From Candidatus Yanofskybacteria bacterium RIFCSPHIGHO2_01_FULL_43_32 (GTDB lineage Bacteria > Patescibacteriota > Minisyncoccia > 2-02-FULL-40-12 > GWA2-44-9): a stretch of DNA of 64,000 bases. Location of the stretch: assembly GCA_001794125.1 (NCBI GenBank), contig MGJF01000002.1, positions 108,514 to 172,513 of the forward strand. Reading direction: 5' to 3'. Position 1 is the first letter of the stretch; every line of letters starts with the position of its first letter. Under the pieces are notes generated by a model. The model made no database searches and was not told where the DNA came from. It saw only the letters and a list, made by a program, of their open reading frames with translations. Positions 44,113-53,260 of the stretch are shown piece by piece. Position numbers and translations under genes: made by a program.

Positions 44113-45834
44113 ATGATAAATAAAGAAATTGCAAAAATTTTGTACGAAATGTCGATTTTGCTTGAAATGAAAGAAGTGGGATTTAAGCCGCGCGCGTATG
44201 AGAAGGCCGCCGATTCCATTGAATCCCTGGCCGAAGATATCGGTAATATTTATAAGCATGGAGGCCTGAAAGCTCTTGAAGACATTCCCGGCGTCGGTCC
44301 GTCTATCGGCGAAAAAATAGAGGAATATATCAAAACAAAACAGGTCAAAGAATACAAGAAGCTCAAAAAAGAAATTCCGGTGGATATTGAAGGCTTGGTG
44401 TCCGTCGAAGGCATTGGGCCGAAGACAATTCTCCGTCTTTATAAAAAACTCGGTATTAAAACCCGCGACCAGCTGGAAAAAGCCGCTGCGGCAGGCAAAC
44501 TCGTTAAAGGCGGATTCGGCAAAAAAACTCAGGACAATATCTTGAAAGGCATCAGCTTTCTGAAAAAAGAGCATGGCCGGTATCTTTTGGGGGAAATAAT
44601 GCCTATAGCAGAGACAATACTTGAGAAGATTCGGGCTTTGCCGGAGGTCCAATCCGCCGAGTTTGGAGGTTCTTTGCGCCGGATGAAGGAAACTGTCGGC
44701 GATTTGGATTTCATCGCTTTTTCAGACAAGCCTGCCGAGGTGGTTGAAAAATTCCTCAAATTTTCTGAAGTTAAAAGTATCTACTCTAAAGGCAGGCACA
44801 AGGCCCTGGTTCGTTTAAGCATTGATATCGATGCGGATATCTGGGTTCTGGACCCAAAATCAACGGGCGCCGCCCTTATCGGCTGGACCGGCGATAAACA
44901 ACACAACATCGCTCTGCGGACTCTTGCTGAAAAAAAAGGCTGGATGCTGAATGATTACGGCTTATGGCGCGGGAAAACGTTGTTGGCTTCTAAAACCGAA
45001 GAGGAAGTTTACAAAAAGCTCGGCATGGATTGGATACCGCCGGAGCTTCGCGAAAACAAAGGCGAAATAGAAGCCGCGCTTGAAGGCAAATTGCCGCAAC
45101 TTATCGGTTATGACGATATAAAAGGCGATTTACAAGTCCAGACTGACTGGACCGACGGTAGGAATTCTATTGAAGAGATGGCCAAAGCTGCCAAAGAATT
45201 AGGCCATGAATATATACTCATCACTGACCACACCAAGTCCCTTGCCATGACCGGAGGAAGCGACGAGAAACGCCTTGTTGAACAAATGGCCGAGATAGAT
45301 AAAATAAATTTAAAATTCAAAAATCAAAATTCAAAATTTAAGGTCTTGAAAGGCGCCGAGGTGAACATCATGCCCGACGGCACTCTGGATATAGATGATG
45401 AAACGCTGGCAAAACTGGATATCGTCGGCGCCGCCGTCCATTCCAAATTCAATATGTCCGAGAAAGACATGACCGCCCGCATCAAAAGAGCGATGGAAAA
45501 TCCGAATGTGGATATAATCTTCCATCCGACGGGGCGCCTCATCCAAAAACGCGAGGCATACAAAGTGGACATGGACGATCTGCTCAAAACCGCAAAGAGA
45601 ACCAAAACCGTGATGGAAATAGACGCTTTTCCCGACCGTCTGGACCTCAAGGACGAATATATCCGCAAAGCGGTAGAAATGGGCGTGAAACTCTCCATTG
45701 ACACCGATGCTCATGTGCTGGTCCACTTACAATATCTTAAGTACGGCATCGGCCAGGCACGCCGCGGTTGGGCGGAGAAAAAAGATATCATCAACACCCG
45801 CTCCTGGCAGGAAATGTTGAAACTGCTCAAATAA
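44113..45834 (+). CDS. DNA polymerase X family protein with C-terminal PHP domain
   Basis: N-terminal Pol-beta-like HhH repeats (GVGPSIGEKI, GIGPKTILRL), nucleotidyltransferase GS...DLD, C-terminal PHP (ITDHTKSLAMTGG, HPTGRL). Confidence 0.8.
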   Translation: MINKEIAKILYEMSILLEMKEVGFKPRAYEKAADSIESLAEDIGNIYKHGGLKALEDIPGVGPSIGEKIEEYIKTKQVKEYKKLKKEIPVDIEGLVSVEGIGPKTILRLYKKLGIKTRDQLEKAAAAGKLVKGGFGKKTQDNILKGISFLKKEHGRYLLGEIMPIAETILEKIRALPEVQSAEFGGSLRRMKETVGDLDFIAFSDKPAEVVEKFLKFSEVKSIYSKGRHKALVRLSIDIDADIWVLDPKSTGAALIGWTGDKQHNIALRTLAEKKGWMLNDYGLWRGKTLLASKTEEEVYKKLGMDWIPPELRENKGEIEAALEGKLPQLIGYDDIKGDLQVQTDWTDGRNSIEEMAKAAKELGHEYILITDHTKSLAMTGGSDEKRLVEQMAEIDKINLKFKNQNSKFKVLKGAEVNIMPDGTLDIDDETLAKLDIVGAAVHSKFNMSEKDMTARIKRAMENPNVDIIFHPTGRLIQKREAYKVDMDDLLKTAKRTKTVMEIDAFPDRLDLKDEYIRKAVEMGVKLSIDTDAHVLVHLQYLKYGIGQARRGWAEKKDIINTRSWQEMLKLLK

Positions 45835-45841
45835 AATCGAA

Positions 45842-46225
45842 TTGATAAATATTGCCATGTTTAGAAAGTTTAAAAAAATTCCGAAGGCGATAGAAAGAAA
45901 AATTACATTTGACGGAGAAACTATCTGTGCTCTTGGGCGTGCTTTTAAAAAGAATCCGGAAGTGGTAAGGGATTTGGCTGGGGTGGTGGGAGAAGAAAAT
46001 ATGAAAATTTTTACTGACATACTAATCAATACTAACGAAATGGAAATTAAATACGATCCGTCTGAAGAATTAAAAACACTTTACGGCCAGATAGCCAAAA
46101 GGGAACTGGAAAGAATAGATGCCGAAGACGAGGACGATGAAGATCTTTTATGCGGGCATTCCGTTGAGGATCATAAAGAAGCCCTCGAGTCGGTTATTGA
46201 AAAAATGCAACCGACTATAAACTAA
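45842..46225 (+). CDS. hypothetical acidic protein
   Basis: ORF only. Acidic stretch EDEDDEDLL. Confidence 0.3.
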   Translation: MINIAMFRKFKKIPKAIERKITFDGETICALGRAFKKNPEVVRDLAGVVGEENMKIFTDILINTNEMEIKYDPSEELKTLYGQIAKRELERIDAEDEDDEDLLCGHSVEDHKEALESVIEKMQPTIN

Positions 46226-46229
46226 GGTA

Positions 46230-46442
46230 ATGCGTATTAACGTCAAAGCGAAGCCGAACTCAAATGAAAATAAAGTTGAAAAAATAGACGACCTTAATTT
46301 TGTGGTATCAGTTAAAGACCCGCCTGTTCAAGGGCGGGCAAATCGGGCGATAGTCAAACTGCTTTCAGAATATTTTCATACCCTAAATATCCGGATAGTT
46401 TCCGGTCACATTTCGAGGCAGAAAATTGTTGAGATAAAATAA
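46230..46442 (+). CDS. DUF167 (YggU/UPF0235) family protein
   Basis: Length and V.AKPNS.EN.V...D.L.V.V...P..G.AN.A.VK.L.. pattern. Confidence 0.55.
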   Translation: MRINVKAKPNSNENKVEKIDDLNFVVSVKDPPVQGRANRAIVKLLSEYFHTLNIRIVSGHISRQKIVEIK

Positions 46443-46496
46443 TTCTTAGCGTGGGATTTGCGTCAGGCACTCGAAAAAAGGTAAAATTATTGCAGG

Positions 46497-47630
46497 ATGA
46501 GCTACAGAATCTTACTTCTCGGGGGCGGCAGCGGAGGGCACGTCTTTCCGCTGGTTGCCGTTGCCAACGCTTTGAAAGAAAAAACCCAGCAAACGGGGAT
46601 TCCTTTGGAGTTGATGGTTTTGGGAGAAGGTAAGTTCATGGAAGAAGCGGCAGTAGAAGCTGGATTGAATTTCAAACCTATTTTGGCCGGAAAACTAAGA
46701 AGATATTTCAGTCCGCTGACGATTCTGGATATTTTCAAAATGCCGGTCGGGTTTTTCCAGGCCTTATGGCACGTTTTCCGGTTTATGCCCGACATCGTCT
46801 TTGCCAAGGGCGGGTATGCGTCTTTGCCGGGCGCGTTGGCGGCGAAGCTTTATTTTATTCCTTTGCTTGCCCACGAGTCGGATTCTATTCCCGGTCTTGC
46901 CAATAGAATCTTAGGAAAATTGGCAAAGACGGTTTTTGTTTCCTTCAATTCAAGTCAGAAATACTTTAAGGCCGGCAAAACGGTTTTAACGGGAAACCCT
47001 GTCCGGAAAGAATTGCTGACAGGCGACAGAATGGCGGCCATGGCAAAATTTGGCCTGAATCCCGGCCTCAAGACCATATTGGTGATTGGAGGCAGCCAAG
47101 GCGCCCAAAAAATAAACCGGATAATTCTGGACTCGCTTGTGATGGTGGTCAAAGATTTTCAAGTATTGCACCAATGCGGCGAAAGTCAGTACCAGTCAAT
47201 AAAGACAGAAATTGAAAAATTAATCAAAGAAGGCGAGGGTGAATATGCCGATTCTCTGAAAAACAATTATAAGCTTTATCCTTTTTTCAGCGAGAAAGAA
47301 ATGGCAATGGTTTATGCCGCATCGGACATAATCATATCACGAGCCGGAGCCGGCTCTATCTTTGAGATTGCCATACTTGGGAAGCCCGCTATAATTATTC
47401 CCATAACAAATTCCAGTTCGGATCATCAGCTTGAAAATGCACTCGAATTCTCAAAATTCGGCGCAGCCATGATAGAAGAAGAGAATCTTACGCCCCATAT
47501 AATAATTAATCAGATTCAATCTATTCTTGAGCCCGATAAATATAATTCCATAGGTGAAAAATTAAAAACCTTTGCCACGCCTGATGCGGCGGATAAGATC
47601 GCCTCCGCATTGCTGGCTCCGCAAGTATAA
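46497..47630 (+). CDS. murG: undecaprenyldiphospho-muramoylpentapeptide beta-N-acetylglucosaminyltransferase
   Basis: GGGSGGHVFPLVAV N-terminal motif. GT28 C-terminal domain (GGSQGA, ELTA-like). Confidence 0.85.
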   Translation: MSYRILLLGGGSGGHVFPLVAVANALKEKTQQTGIPLELMVLGEGKFMEEAAVEAGLNFKPILAGKLRRYFSPLTILDIFKMPVGFFQALWHVFRFMPDIVFAKGGYASLPGALAAKLYFIPLLAHESDSIPGLANRILGKLAKTVFVSFNSSQKYFKAGKTVLTGNPVRKELLTGDRMAAMAKFGLNPGLKTILVIGGSQGAQKINRIILDSLVMVVKDFQVLHQCGESQYQSIKTEIEKLIKEGEGEYADSLKNNYKLYPFFSEKEMAMVYAASDIIISRAGAGSIFEIAILGKPAIIIPITNSSSDHQLENALEFSKFGAAMIEEENLTPHIIINQIQSILEPDKYNSIGEKLKTFATPDAADKIASALLAPQV

Positions 47631-47633
47631 AAC

Positions 47634-47798
47634 ATGCAAGTTCAATTAATAGTGGGTTTAGTCATAACCGGTTTGGTTGTCTTGTATGTCTACTTAAAAA
47701 AAACCGGCCGACATGAGGCGAATCTTCCGGCGGTTTCAGAAGATGTTAATCTGCCGGCAATAAAAAATGACATGGAAAACAACGGGCCACAACAATAA
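47634..47798 (+). CDS. possible 54-aa single-TM peptide
   Basis: ATG 47634 to TAA 47798, hydrophobic N-terminus. Overlaps the holB start in another frame. Weak. Confidence 0.15.
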   Translation: MQVQLIVGLVITGLVVLYVYLKKTGRHEANLPAVSEDVNLPAIKNDMENNGPQQ

Positions 47799-48498
47799 TA
47801 AGAAGTATTTTGAGAATGTCGTGAAGCAGGGTGTTTTGTCGCACGCTTACCTTTTTTCCGGGCCGGAAGGAATAGGCAAGAAGATGTTTGCCTATGACAT
47901 ATTTCGCCTGGTAAATCAGCGGGAACCGGAGAGTGACCCTGATTTTAAATTGCTCACTCCTCGTTTGGAGGAAGAAGAGACCAAGATATATATTGAGGAT
48001 ATCCGCAAACTGAAATCATGTCTGTCCCTGAAGCCCTACGCTGGCCCATACAAATTCGTGGTTATAAATGATGCCGACCGGCTGGTACCGGAGGCCGCCA
48101 ACGCTTTTTTGAAAATGCTGGAGGAGCCTTCGCTTTTTACCGTCATTATTTTAATAAGCTCTAAGCCGAAATTAATTCTTCCGACAGTCTTGTCCAGATG
48201 CGAGAAAGTGCAATTTTTGCCTTTGAACGAAAGGGGGATTGATAAGGCAACCGCCAAAGCGGTAGATGAGTTTATGAATGTGGCAAGACAAGGAATAACC
48301 GAACGTATGCAATATGCCGAAAAATTATTTGCCGGGAAAGGTTATCAGGGTCTTGTCATCGGCCTGATACACACTCTCCGGGCACGGGAAAACCCAAACC
48401 ATAAAGTTTTAAAAAATCTTCTAAAGCTTAACTCTCTGCTCTCTCAGCCTCAATTCAACCACCGCCTGGCTCTGGAAAACTTTCTTATCAATCTATAA
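47767..48498 (+). CDS. holB: DNA polymerase III subunit delta'
   Basis: LSHAYLFSGPEGIGKK, FKLLTP..., AAA+ clamp-loader core without an SRC arginine context. Confidence 0.65.
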   Translation: MTWKTTGHNNNKKYFENVVKQGVLSHAYLFSGPEGIGKKMFAYDIFRLVNQREPESDPDFKLLTPRLEEEETKIYIEDIRKLKSCLSLKPYAGPYKFVVINDADRLVPEAANAFLKMLEEPSLFTVIILISSKPKLILPTVLSRCEKVQFLPLNERGIDKATAKAVDEFMNVARQGITERMQYAEKLFAGKGYQGLVIGLIHTLRARENPNHKVLKNLLKLNSLLSQPQFNHRLALENFLINL

Positions 48499-48525
48499 AG
48501 GTCTTTTTTGGTATTCAAACATAAC

Positions 48526-48554
48526 TTGATTATATTTGAATTGTGCTGTATAAT
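48526..48554 (+). promoter_or_regulatory. promoter TTGATT-17-TATAAT for the two-gene GC-rich operon, flanked by TTCAAA/TTTGAA dyad
   Basis: TTGATT 48526-48531, TATAAT 48549-48554. SD AAGAGGT 48585-48591. Inverted ttcaaa(48514)/tttgaa(48535) around the -35. Confidence 0.5.
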
Positions 48555-48598
48555 ATTGAACTGGTGGTCTTTGGCAATTGAATAAGAGGTAAGAAAAA

Positions 48599-50152
48599 AT
48601 GACGGGACTAATTTTTCAGGGAATCCTGATTGCGGCCCTCGCAGGTCTGGCTATCAAGTTTTTCCTGGACTACCAGAGAAATAATCTGGAAATTACGTGG
48701 GGAGAATACGGCCTTGGGCTTTTGGCAATCAGCTTCGTGTTGACTCCGCTGATAGTCTGGGCCGGCTGGTCGGTAGTAAGGTCGAGCAACCTTTCGTTCA
48801 ATGAGTACAGGAACGGTTGGGAACTGCAGGCTGTGGCCGAACCGGTTCAGTGTGCCCGTGACGGCCCTTGCTGGCACGAGTATGACTGCGACCCGTACAT
48901 CGTCATGGTTTCGTATCAGTGCAATTGTACGACGGATAAAGACGGACGCAGTTCGTGTAGTACGTGCTGGCGTCCGGAAACGCGTTATCACGATTGCCCG
49001 TATGTTACAGTAGAGACATCGTATTCCGTGCAGACGACTCTTGGCAGTTACACGATTGCCGAGCATCGGTTTCCGGAAAATCCGCAATCTCATCGGTGGC
49101 GGACTTCGAAAAACATTCCCCAGTATGTAATTGACAGAGTTGGCGTTAGTGAGCCGCAGTTTTGGAAAGCGGCTGACGTCAGAGTCCGGGCAGGAAAGCC
49201 CGGGCCTGTAACGGCGCGAGCCAGTTACGACAACTACATTTTGGCGAGTGATTCAACTATTCTGAACCAATATTCGGGAGAAGTTGAAAAGTTGCTTGCC
49301 GTGAAAATGTTGCCGGAGTTGTCTCACGGTTTGTATGATTACTACATGGCGAGGAAGGCCTACTCTGTCGGCCCGACGCTTCGTGTAGATACAGGAGCGT
49401 GGTCCGAAAAAGTGGCATACCTGAACGCGGCACTCGGTTCGGAACTTCAGGGAGATCTTCACGTTGTTCTGATTCATGATGCTGACCTCAGAAAGGTCGG
49501 CAGTAGTCCGGATGAATATGCCCTAACGCTAAAAGCCTACTGGCAGAATACGAAACACTTCCAGAAGGATGCTTTGAGTAAAAATACCATTGTCGTTGTT
49601 GTTGGAACAAAGGACGGTGAGTCTGTCAGTTGGGTCCGCGCGATGATCGGCATGCCGCTTGGCAACGAGCGGATGATTACCGAGATCCGAAACAGTCTTG
49701 TGGGTGTGCCGTTTTTGCCGGAGGCGGTTATCGGAGGCATCCGGGGCCATTTTGAAATCTATGGCCAGAAGGTAAAAAGCAGTCAGGAAGTGAACGGCCG
49801 TCTGGGCTCTATCATCTGGGGACGGGAATTGAAAGAAACCCGTTTCAGGCGAGTGAGCATGTCGTCCAAAGATCCTGACGATTTCGGGCAAGGCTTCAGA
49901 TACCTTGCCAATGAAATCCAACTCACATGGTTCCAGCATGGCATGATCCTTTTTCTGTCATTGCTGGGGTGCGGTGTCGTGTGGTACGCTGCTGCAGCGC
50001 ACGGCATTCGTGATCCGCGCAATCATTCCGGGCCATTCGATGTCAACCGCATCAAGAAGTGGTGGAAGTCCCAGTGGCGGGAGATGCGGGCCTGGATCCG
50101 TGTTCAGAAAACCAGCATCGCCGACAAGGTCGGCGGAAGGAGGACGGAATGA
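48599..50152 (+). CDS. hypothetical 3-TM membrane protein with large Cys-rich extracytoplasmic domain and basic Trp-rich C-terminal tail (GC-rich cassette gene 1)
   Basis: TM1 LIFQGILIAALAGLAIKFF, TM2 GLGLLAISFVLTPLIVWAGWSVV. 10 Cys between residues 85 and 130 (CARDGPCWHEYDCDPY...CNCTTDKDGRSSCSTCW...CPY). TM3 MILFLSLLGCGVVWYAAAA. Tail KKWWKSQWREMRAWIRVQK. About 53% GC. No family recognised. Confidence 0.5.
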   Translation: MTGLIFQGILIAALAGLAIKFFLDYQRNNLEITWGEYGLGLLAISFVLTPLIVWAGWSVVRSSNLSFNEYRNGWELQAVAEPVQCARDGPCWHEYDCDPYIVMVSYQCNCTTDKDGRSSCSTCWRPETRYHDCPYVTVETSYSVQTTLGSYTIAEHRFPENPQSHRWRTSKNIPQYVIDRVGVSEPQFWKAADVRVRAGKPGPVTARASYDNYILASDSTILNQYSGEVEKLLAVKMLPELSHGLYDYYMARKAYSVGPTLRVDTGAWSEKVAYLNAALGSELQGDLHVVLIHDADLRKVGSSPDEYALTLKAYWQNTKHFQKDALSKNTIVVVVGTKDGESVSWVRAMIGMPLGNERMITEIRNSLVGVPFLPEAVIGGIRGHFEIYGQKVKSSQEVNGRLGSIIWGRELKETRFRRVSMSSKDPDDFGQGFRYLANEIQLTWFQHGMILFLSLLGCGVVWYAAAAHGIRDPRNHSGPFDVNRIKKWWKSQWREMRAWIRVQKTSIADKVGGRRTE

Positions 50153-50814
50153 ACGGTCGACGAAGCAAGAGGGGTTCGGTGCCGGTTCTGCTCATCATCA
50201 CTGTTGTGGTGTTGGGCGGTCTGTTCGCCGGTGGCGTGTCGTTATACGGCTACGCTAACGGAGTCCGCAACAATCTGGTTAGTCAGGAGACGGCGCTCAA
50301 TGCGCAGTATCAAGACAACCAGAATGAGCTTGGGAACTATGAAGTCGCGTTCTACGAGCAGACAGGGCTGGCAAATCTTAAGTCGGAGAAGATGGATAAG
50401 ATCATCTCCGATGCGGTCAAGGGCCGGTATGAAGGGAAGGACGGCCAGCCCGTTGAACGCGGGCAAGGCGGAGCCTTCTTCTCCGCTATGGTCGAGGCTT
50501 ATCCTGATCTTCGCGGTCAGCTCGATGTTTATGACAAGATAATTTCATTCGTTGCCTCCGGGCGCGAGGCCTACAAAGCCAAGCAGTCCAAACAGCTTGA
50601 CATGCTCCGCGCGTACGAGAGTTACAGGCAGACCGGATGGGTCCGGAGCCTGTTTGTCAATTGGATCGGTTATCCGTCGCTTCGGGCCCAGATCGGACAG
50701 AAGGTCGTTCGTGGAACGGACGCCTTGTCTCAAATGGAACTGATTGTTACCACCGAGACGACAAATCAATCGTATGAGTCGGGCAAGATGAAGGCGCTCA
50801 CAGTTCCCGAGTAG
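50149..50814 (+). CDS. LemA-family protein (GC-rich cassette gene 2)
   Basis: ATGA-coupled to gene 1. N-terminal TM then NNLVSQETALNAQYQDNQNEL...YPDLRGQLDVYDKIIS...QLDMLRAYESYRQ, the LemA (PF04011) layout. Confidence 0.55.
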   Translation: MNGRRSKRGSVPVLLIITVVVLGGLFAGGVSLYGYANGVRNNLVSQETALNAQYQDNQNELGNYEVAFYEQTGLANLKSEKMDKIISDAVKGRYEGKDGQPVERGQGGAFFSAMVEAYPDLRGQLDVYDKIISFVASGREAYKAKQSKQLDMLRAYESYRQTGWVRSLFVNWIGYPSLRAQIGQKVVRGTDALSQMELIVTTETTNQSYESGKMKALTVPE

Positions 50815-50837
50815 GAATGATGGCCAGAAATGGTCTC

Positions 50838-50868
50838 GGGCCGCGGATTACGCGGCCCGTTTTTTTTA
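50838..50868 (+). terminator. strong intrinsic terminator
   Basis: gggccgcggattacgcggccc followed by gttttttttatt. Confidence 0.6.
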
Positions 50869-50894
50869 TTAAAATTTTGTGATATATTATAAAA

Positions 50895-51449
50895 ATGTAT
50901 AAGGACCACATAAATCAGAGGAAAAAGGATTTTGATGCCGCGGTTGAACATGTCAGAGGCGAGATAGGAGCTATCAGGACCGGCCGGGCCCATGCTTCCA
51001 TGGTTGAAGATATTCAAGTTGATTATATGGATTCTAAATTCAGAATTAAAGAATTGGCAACTATTAATACTCCCGAACCGCGAATGATTCTTATCCAGCC
51101 ATGGGATAAGCAGGCCATACCCAATATTGTTAAAAGTATCAAAGAAAGTTCTTTAGGCTTAAATCCGATTGACGATGCCACCGGCATTAGATTGAATATC
51201 CCGCCGTTGACCGAGGAACGCAGATTGGAATTTATTAAATTGCTTCACCAAAAAATAGAGTGGGGCAAGGTCAGGGTAAGGCAGGTGCGGGAAGATGTCT
51301 TAAAAAAGGTCCAAGCCGAGGTCAAAGAGAAAAAAGCCAGGGAAGACGATCTGTTCAAAGCCAAAGAAGAACTTCAAAAAATAATAAATGATCTGAACCG
51401 TGTCTTTGACGACATGACAAAGAAGAAAGAACAAGAATTGATGTCGTGA
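50895..51449 (+). CDS. frr: ribosome recycling factor
   Basis: Canonical RRF sequence throughout. Confidence 0.9.
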   Translation: MYKDHINQRKKDFDAAVEHVRGEIGAIRTGRAHASMVEDIQVDYMDSKFRIKELATINTPEPRMILIQPWDKQAIPNIVKSIKESSLGLNPIDDATGIRLNIPPLTEERRLEFIKLLHQKIEWGKVRVRQVREDVLKKVQAEVKEKKAREDDLFKAKEELQKIINDLNRVFDDMTKKKEQELMS

Positions 51450-51454
51450 TAAGT

Positions 51455-51638
51455 TCCGCCTTCATCCCAAATCACCGCTCAGGACACATGCCTTCCTCGA
51501 ACCGGAATAGATTTGCTCCGGCGGCAAATCTTTCTTGTCTCTCGGCATTATTTAAGAACCAAGCAAATAATGCCTCCGAGTCCTTCTCTGAAGGCACATG
51601 TCCTTCGCCTGATAAACTGGAATGAAGGTGCCGCTTTT
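51455..51638 (+). repeat. Rep-A palindromic MITE-like repeat, copy 3
   Basis: Aligns with 1931-2103 and rc(41805-41968). Ends are ccgccttcatccca / tggaatgaaggtgccgc. Confidence 0.55.
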
Positions 51639-51655
51639 TAAATTACACTTGCTAA

Positions 51656-52081
51656 ATGCAAAAAGTTCAAGCTAAATCTTATGGTGTTATACCAATTTTC
51701 AAGAATGAAGATGGTTTTTATGTTCTGCTTGTAAAAAACTCAAAGGGTGGTCATTGGGGCTTACCTAAAGGAACACCGGAAAAAGACGAAAAACCTATTG
51801 ATACCGCTACAAGAGAATTGTTTGAGGAAACTGGCATAAAGGACATTGAAATAAAAGCAGATATCTCTTTTGAAGAAAAATATGATTTTGAAAAAGACGG
51901 TATTCTTTATAACAAAACAAATACTTATTACCCCGGATTTGTAAGTGAAATGACAAAGGGTTCCCAATTAGATCAAATCGACGAATTAAAATGGGTAAAA
52001 ATAAACGAAGCTAAAAATACTATTATCCATTGGTCAGCTATTGATGTTGTCAATAAATTGTCTAGCTGGCTAAATCAATAA
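51656..52081 (+). CDS. Nudix hydrolase
   Basis: Nudix box GHWGLPKGTPEKDEKPIDTATRELFEETGI. Confidence 0.75.
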   Translation: MQKVQAKSYGVIPIFKNEDGFYVLLVKNSKGGHWGLPKGTPEKDEKPIDTATRELFEETGIKDIEIKADISFEEKYDFEKDGILYNKTNTYYPGFVSEMTKGSQLDQIDELKWVKINEAKNTIIHWSAIDVVNKLSSWLNQ

Positions 52082-52102
52082 AAACATCGCCGGAAGCTGA
52101 GG

Positions 52103-52134
52103 ACTATCGGTCGAGTCGGGGGTATGTGGCTGGG
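52103..52134 (+). promoter_or_regulatory. second copy of the UDG/rseP upstream motif, embedded in a long stem (aaaacatcgcc...ggcgatgtttt)
   Basis: actatcggtcgagtcgggggtatgtggctggg identical to 40190-40221. Sits 44 nt upstream of the rseP ATG. Confidence 0.3.
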
Positions 52135-52177
52135 GCGATGTTTTGAGTTTTCAGTTTTTAGTTATAGAATAACAACA

Positions 52178-53260
52178 ATGATTACCGCGATAATTTTTAT
52201 TATAGTTCTGGGGGTGCTGGTTTTTGTCCACGAGTTCGGGCATTTTATTTTTGCCAAAAAAGCCGGAATGAAAGTAGAAGAATTCGGGTTCGGATTCCCG
52301 CCCCGCATCTGGGGTATTAAAAAGGGCGAAACGCTCTACTCAATAAACGCGATTCCTTTCGGCGGATTCGTTAAAATTCTCGGGGAAGGAGGAGAAGAAG
52401 CAAATAATCCGAGAAGTTTTTCTTCCAAGCCGGCCGGCCCGCGGCTCAAGGTCATTGTCGCCGGTGTAACCATGAACTTCTTTTTAGCCGTTGTTCTTTT
52501 AATGGTTACCAACTTTTTTGGGTTAAGAATTGGGCTGATTGATGACAAGACCGCATCAATCGCCAAGAATAAAGCCGTCCAAATAATTGAAATTTCCAAA
52601 GAAAGCCCGGCGGATAAAGCAGGCCTGAAACTTCTTGACGAAGTCAGCGGATTTAAACTGAACGGTTCTTTCAGGGCCGTTTCTAATGCGGAGGATGTTC
52701 AATCTTTCATACGTGAAAATATCGGCCAGCCCATAACATTAGTAATTAAAAGAAACAAAGAAATACTGGAAAAAAGTATTGTTCCAAGACTTAATCCGCC
52801 GGCCGGTCAGGGGGCGCTTGGAGTTTCAATGGCTTTGACCGGCGTGGTTTCTTATCCGTGGTACGAGGCGGTCTGGAGAGGCGTGTATGATGCGGTTATA
52901 CTTACCATGAATGTGGTCATCGGATATTTTGTTTTATTTAAAACACTTTTGTTTAAGGGTAAATTGATTGCCGATGTTTCGGGGCCGATCGGAATAGCCA
53001 CTCTTACCGGCCAGGTCGCAAGAATGGGAATAAACTACCTCATGCAGTTCACGGCGATGATTTCCGTCAATTTGGCGGTTTTGAACATTATTCCCTTTCC
53101 GGCCTTGGACGGAGGCAGGGCTTTGCTTATAATTATAGAGAAGTTAAAGGGCTCGCCGGTTAACAAAAAAGCCGAACAGTTGGTAAACACCGTCGGCTTC
53201 GCGTTGTTGGTGGCCCTTATGGTTTACGTAACAGCTAAAGATATAACAAGATTCTTTTAA
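52178..53260 (+). CDS. rseP: RIP site-2 metalloprotease RseP (peptidase M50 with PDZ)
   Basis: HEFGHFIFAKKAG (HExxH), PDZ segment, LNIIPFPALDGG. Start at in-frame ATG 52178. Confidence 0.8.
   Translation: MITAIIFIIVLGVLVFVHEFGHFIFAKKAGMKVEEFGFGFPPRIWGIKKGETLYSINAIPFGGFVKILGEGGEEANNPRSFSSKPAGPRLKVIVAGVTMNFFLAVVLLMVTNFFGLRIGLIDDKTASIAKNKAVQIIEISKESPADKAGLKLLDEVSGFKLNGSFRAVSNAEDVQSFIRENIGQPITLVIKRNKEILEKSIVPRLNPPAGQGALGVSMALTGVVSYPWYEAVWRGVYDAVILTMNVVIGYFVLFKTLLFKGKLIADVSGPIGIATLTGQVARMGINYLMQFTAMISVNLAVLNIIPFPALDGGRALLIIIEKLKGSPVNKKAEQLVNTVGFALLVALMVYVTAKDITRFF

Noticed and set aside
45297-45340. AT-rich aaatttaaaattcaaaaatcaaaattcaaaatttaag tract resembling the 29660-29760 intergenic repeat
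   Set aside because: It is in frame within PolX (encodes DKINLKFKNQNSKFKVLKG) and preserves the reading frame. It is most likely a low-complexity linker, not an inserted element, though the motif similarity is noted.
50059-50814. Supplied ORF start at 50059 for the LemA gene
   Set aside because: That start lies inside gene 1 in another frame. The ATG at 50149 (ATGA overlap with the gene-1 stop, N-terminal MNGRRSKR then TM) is the natural start.
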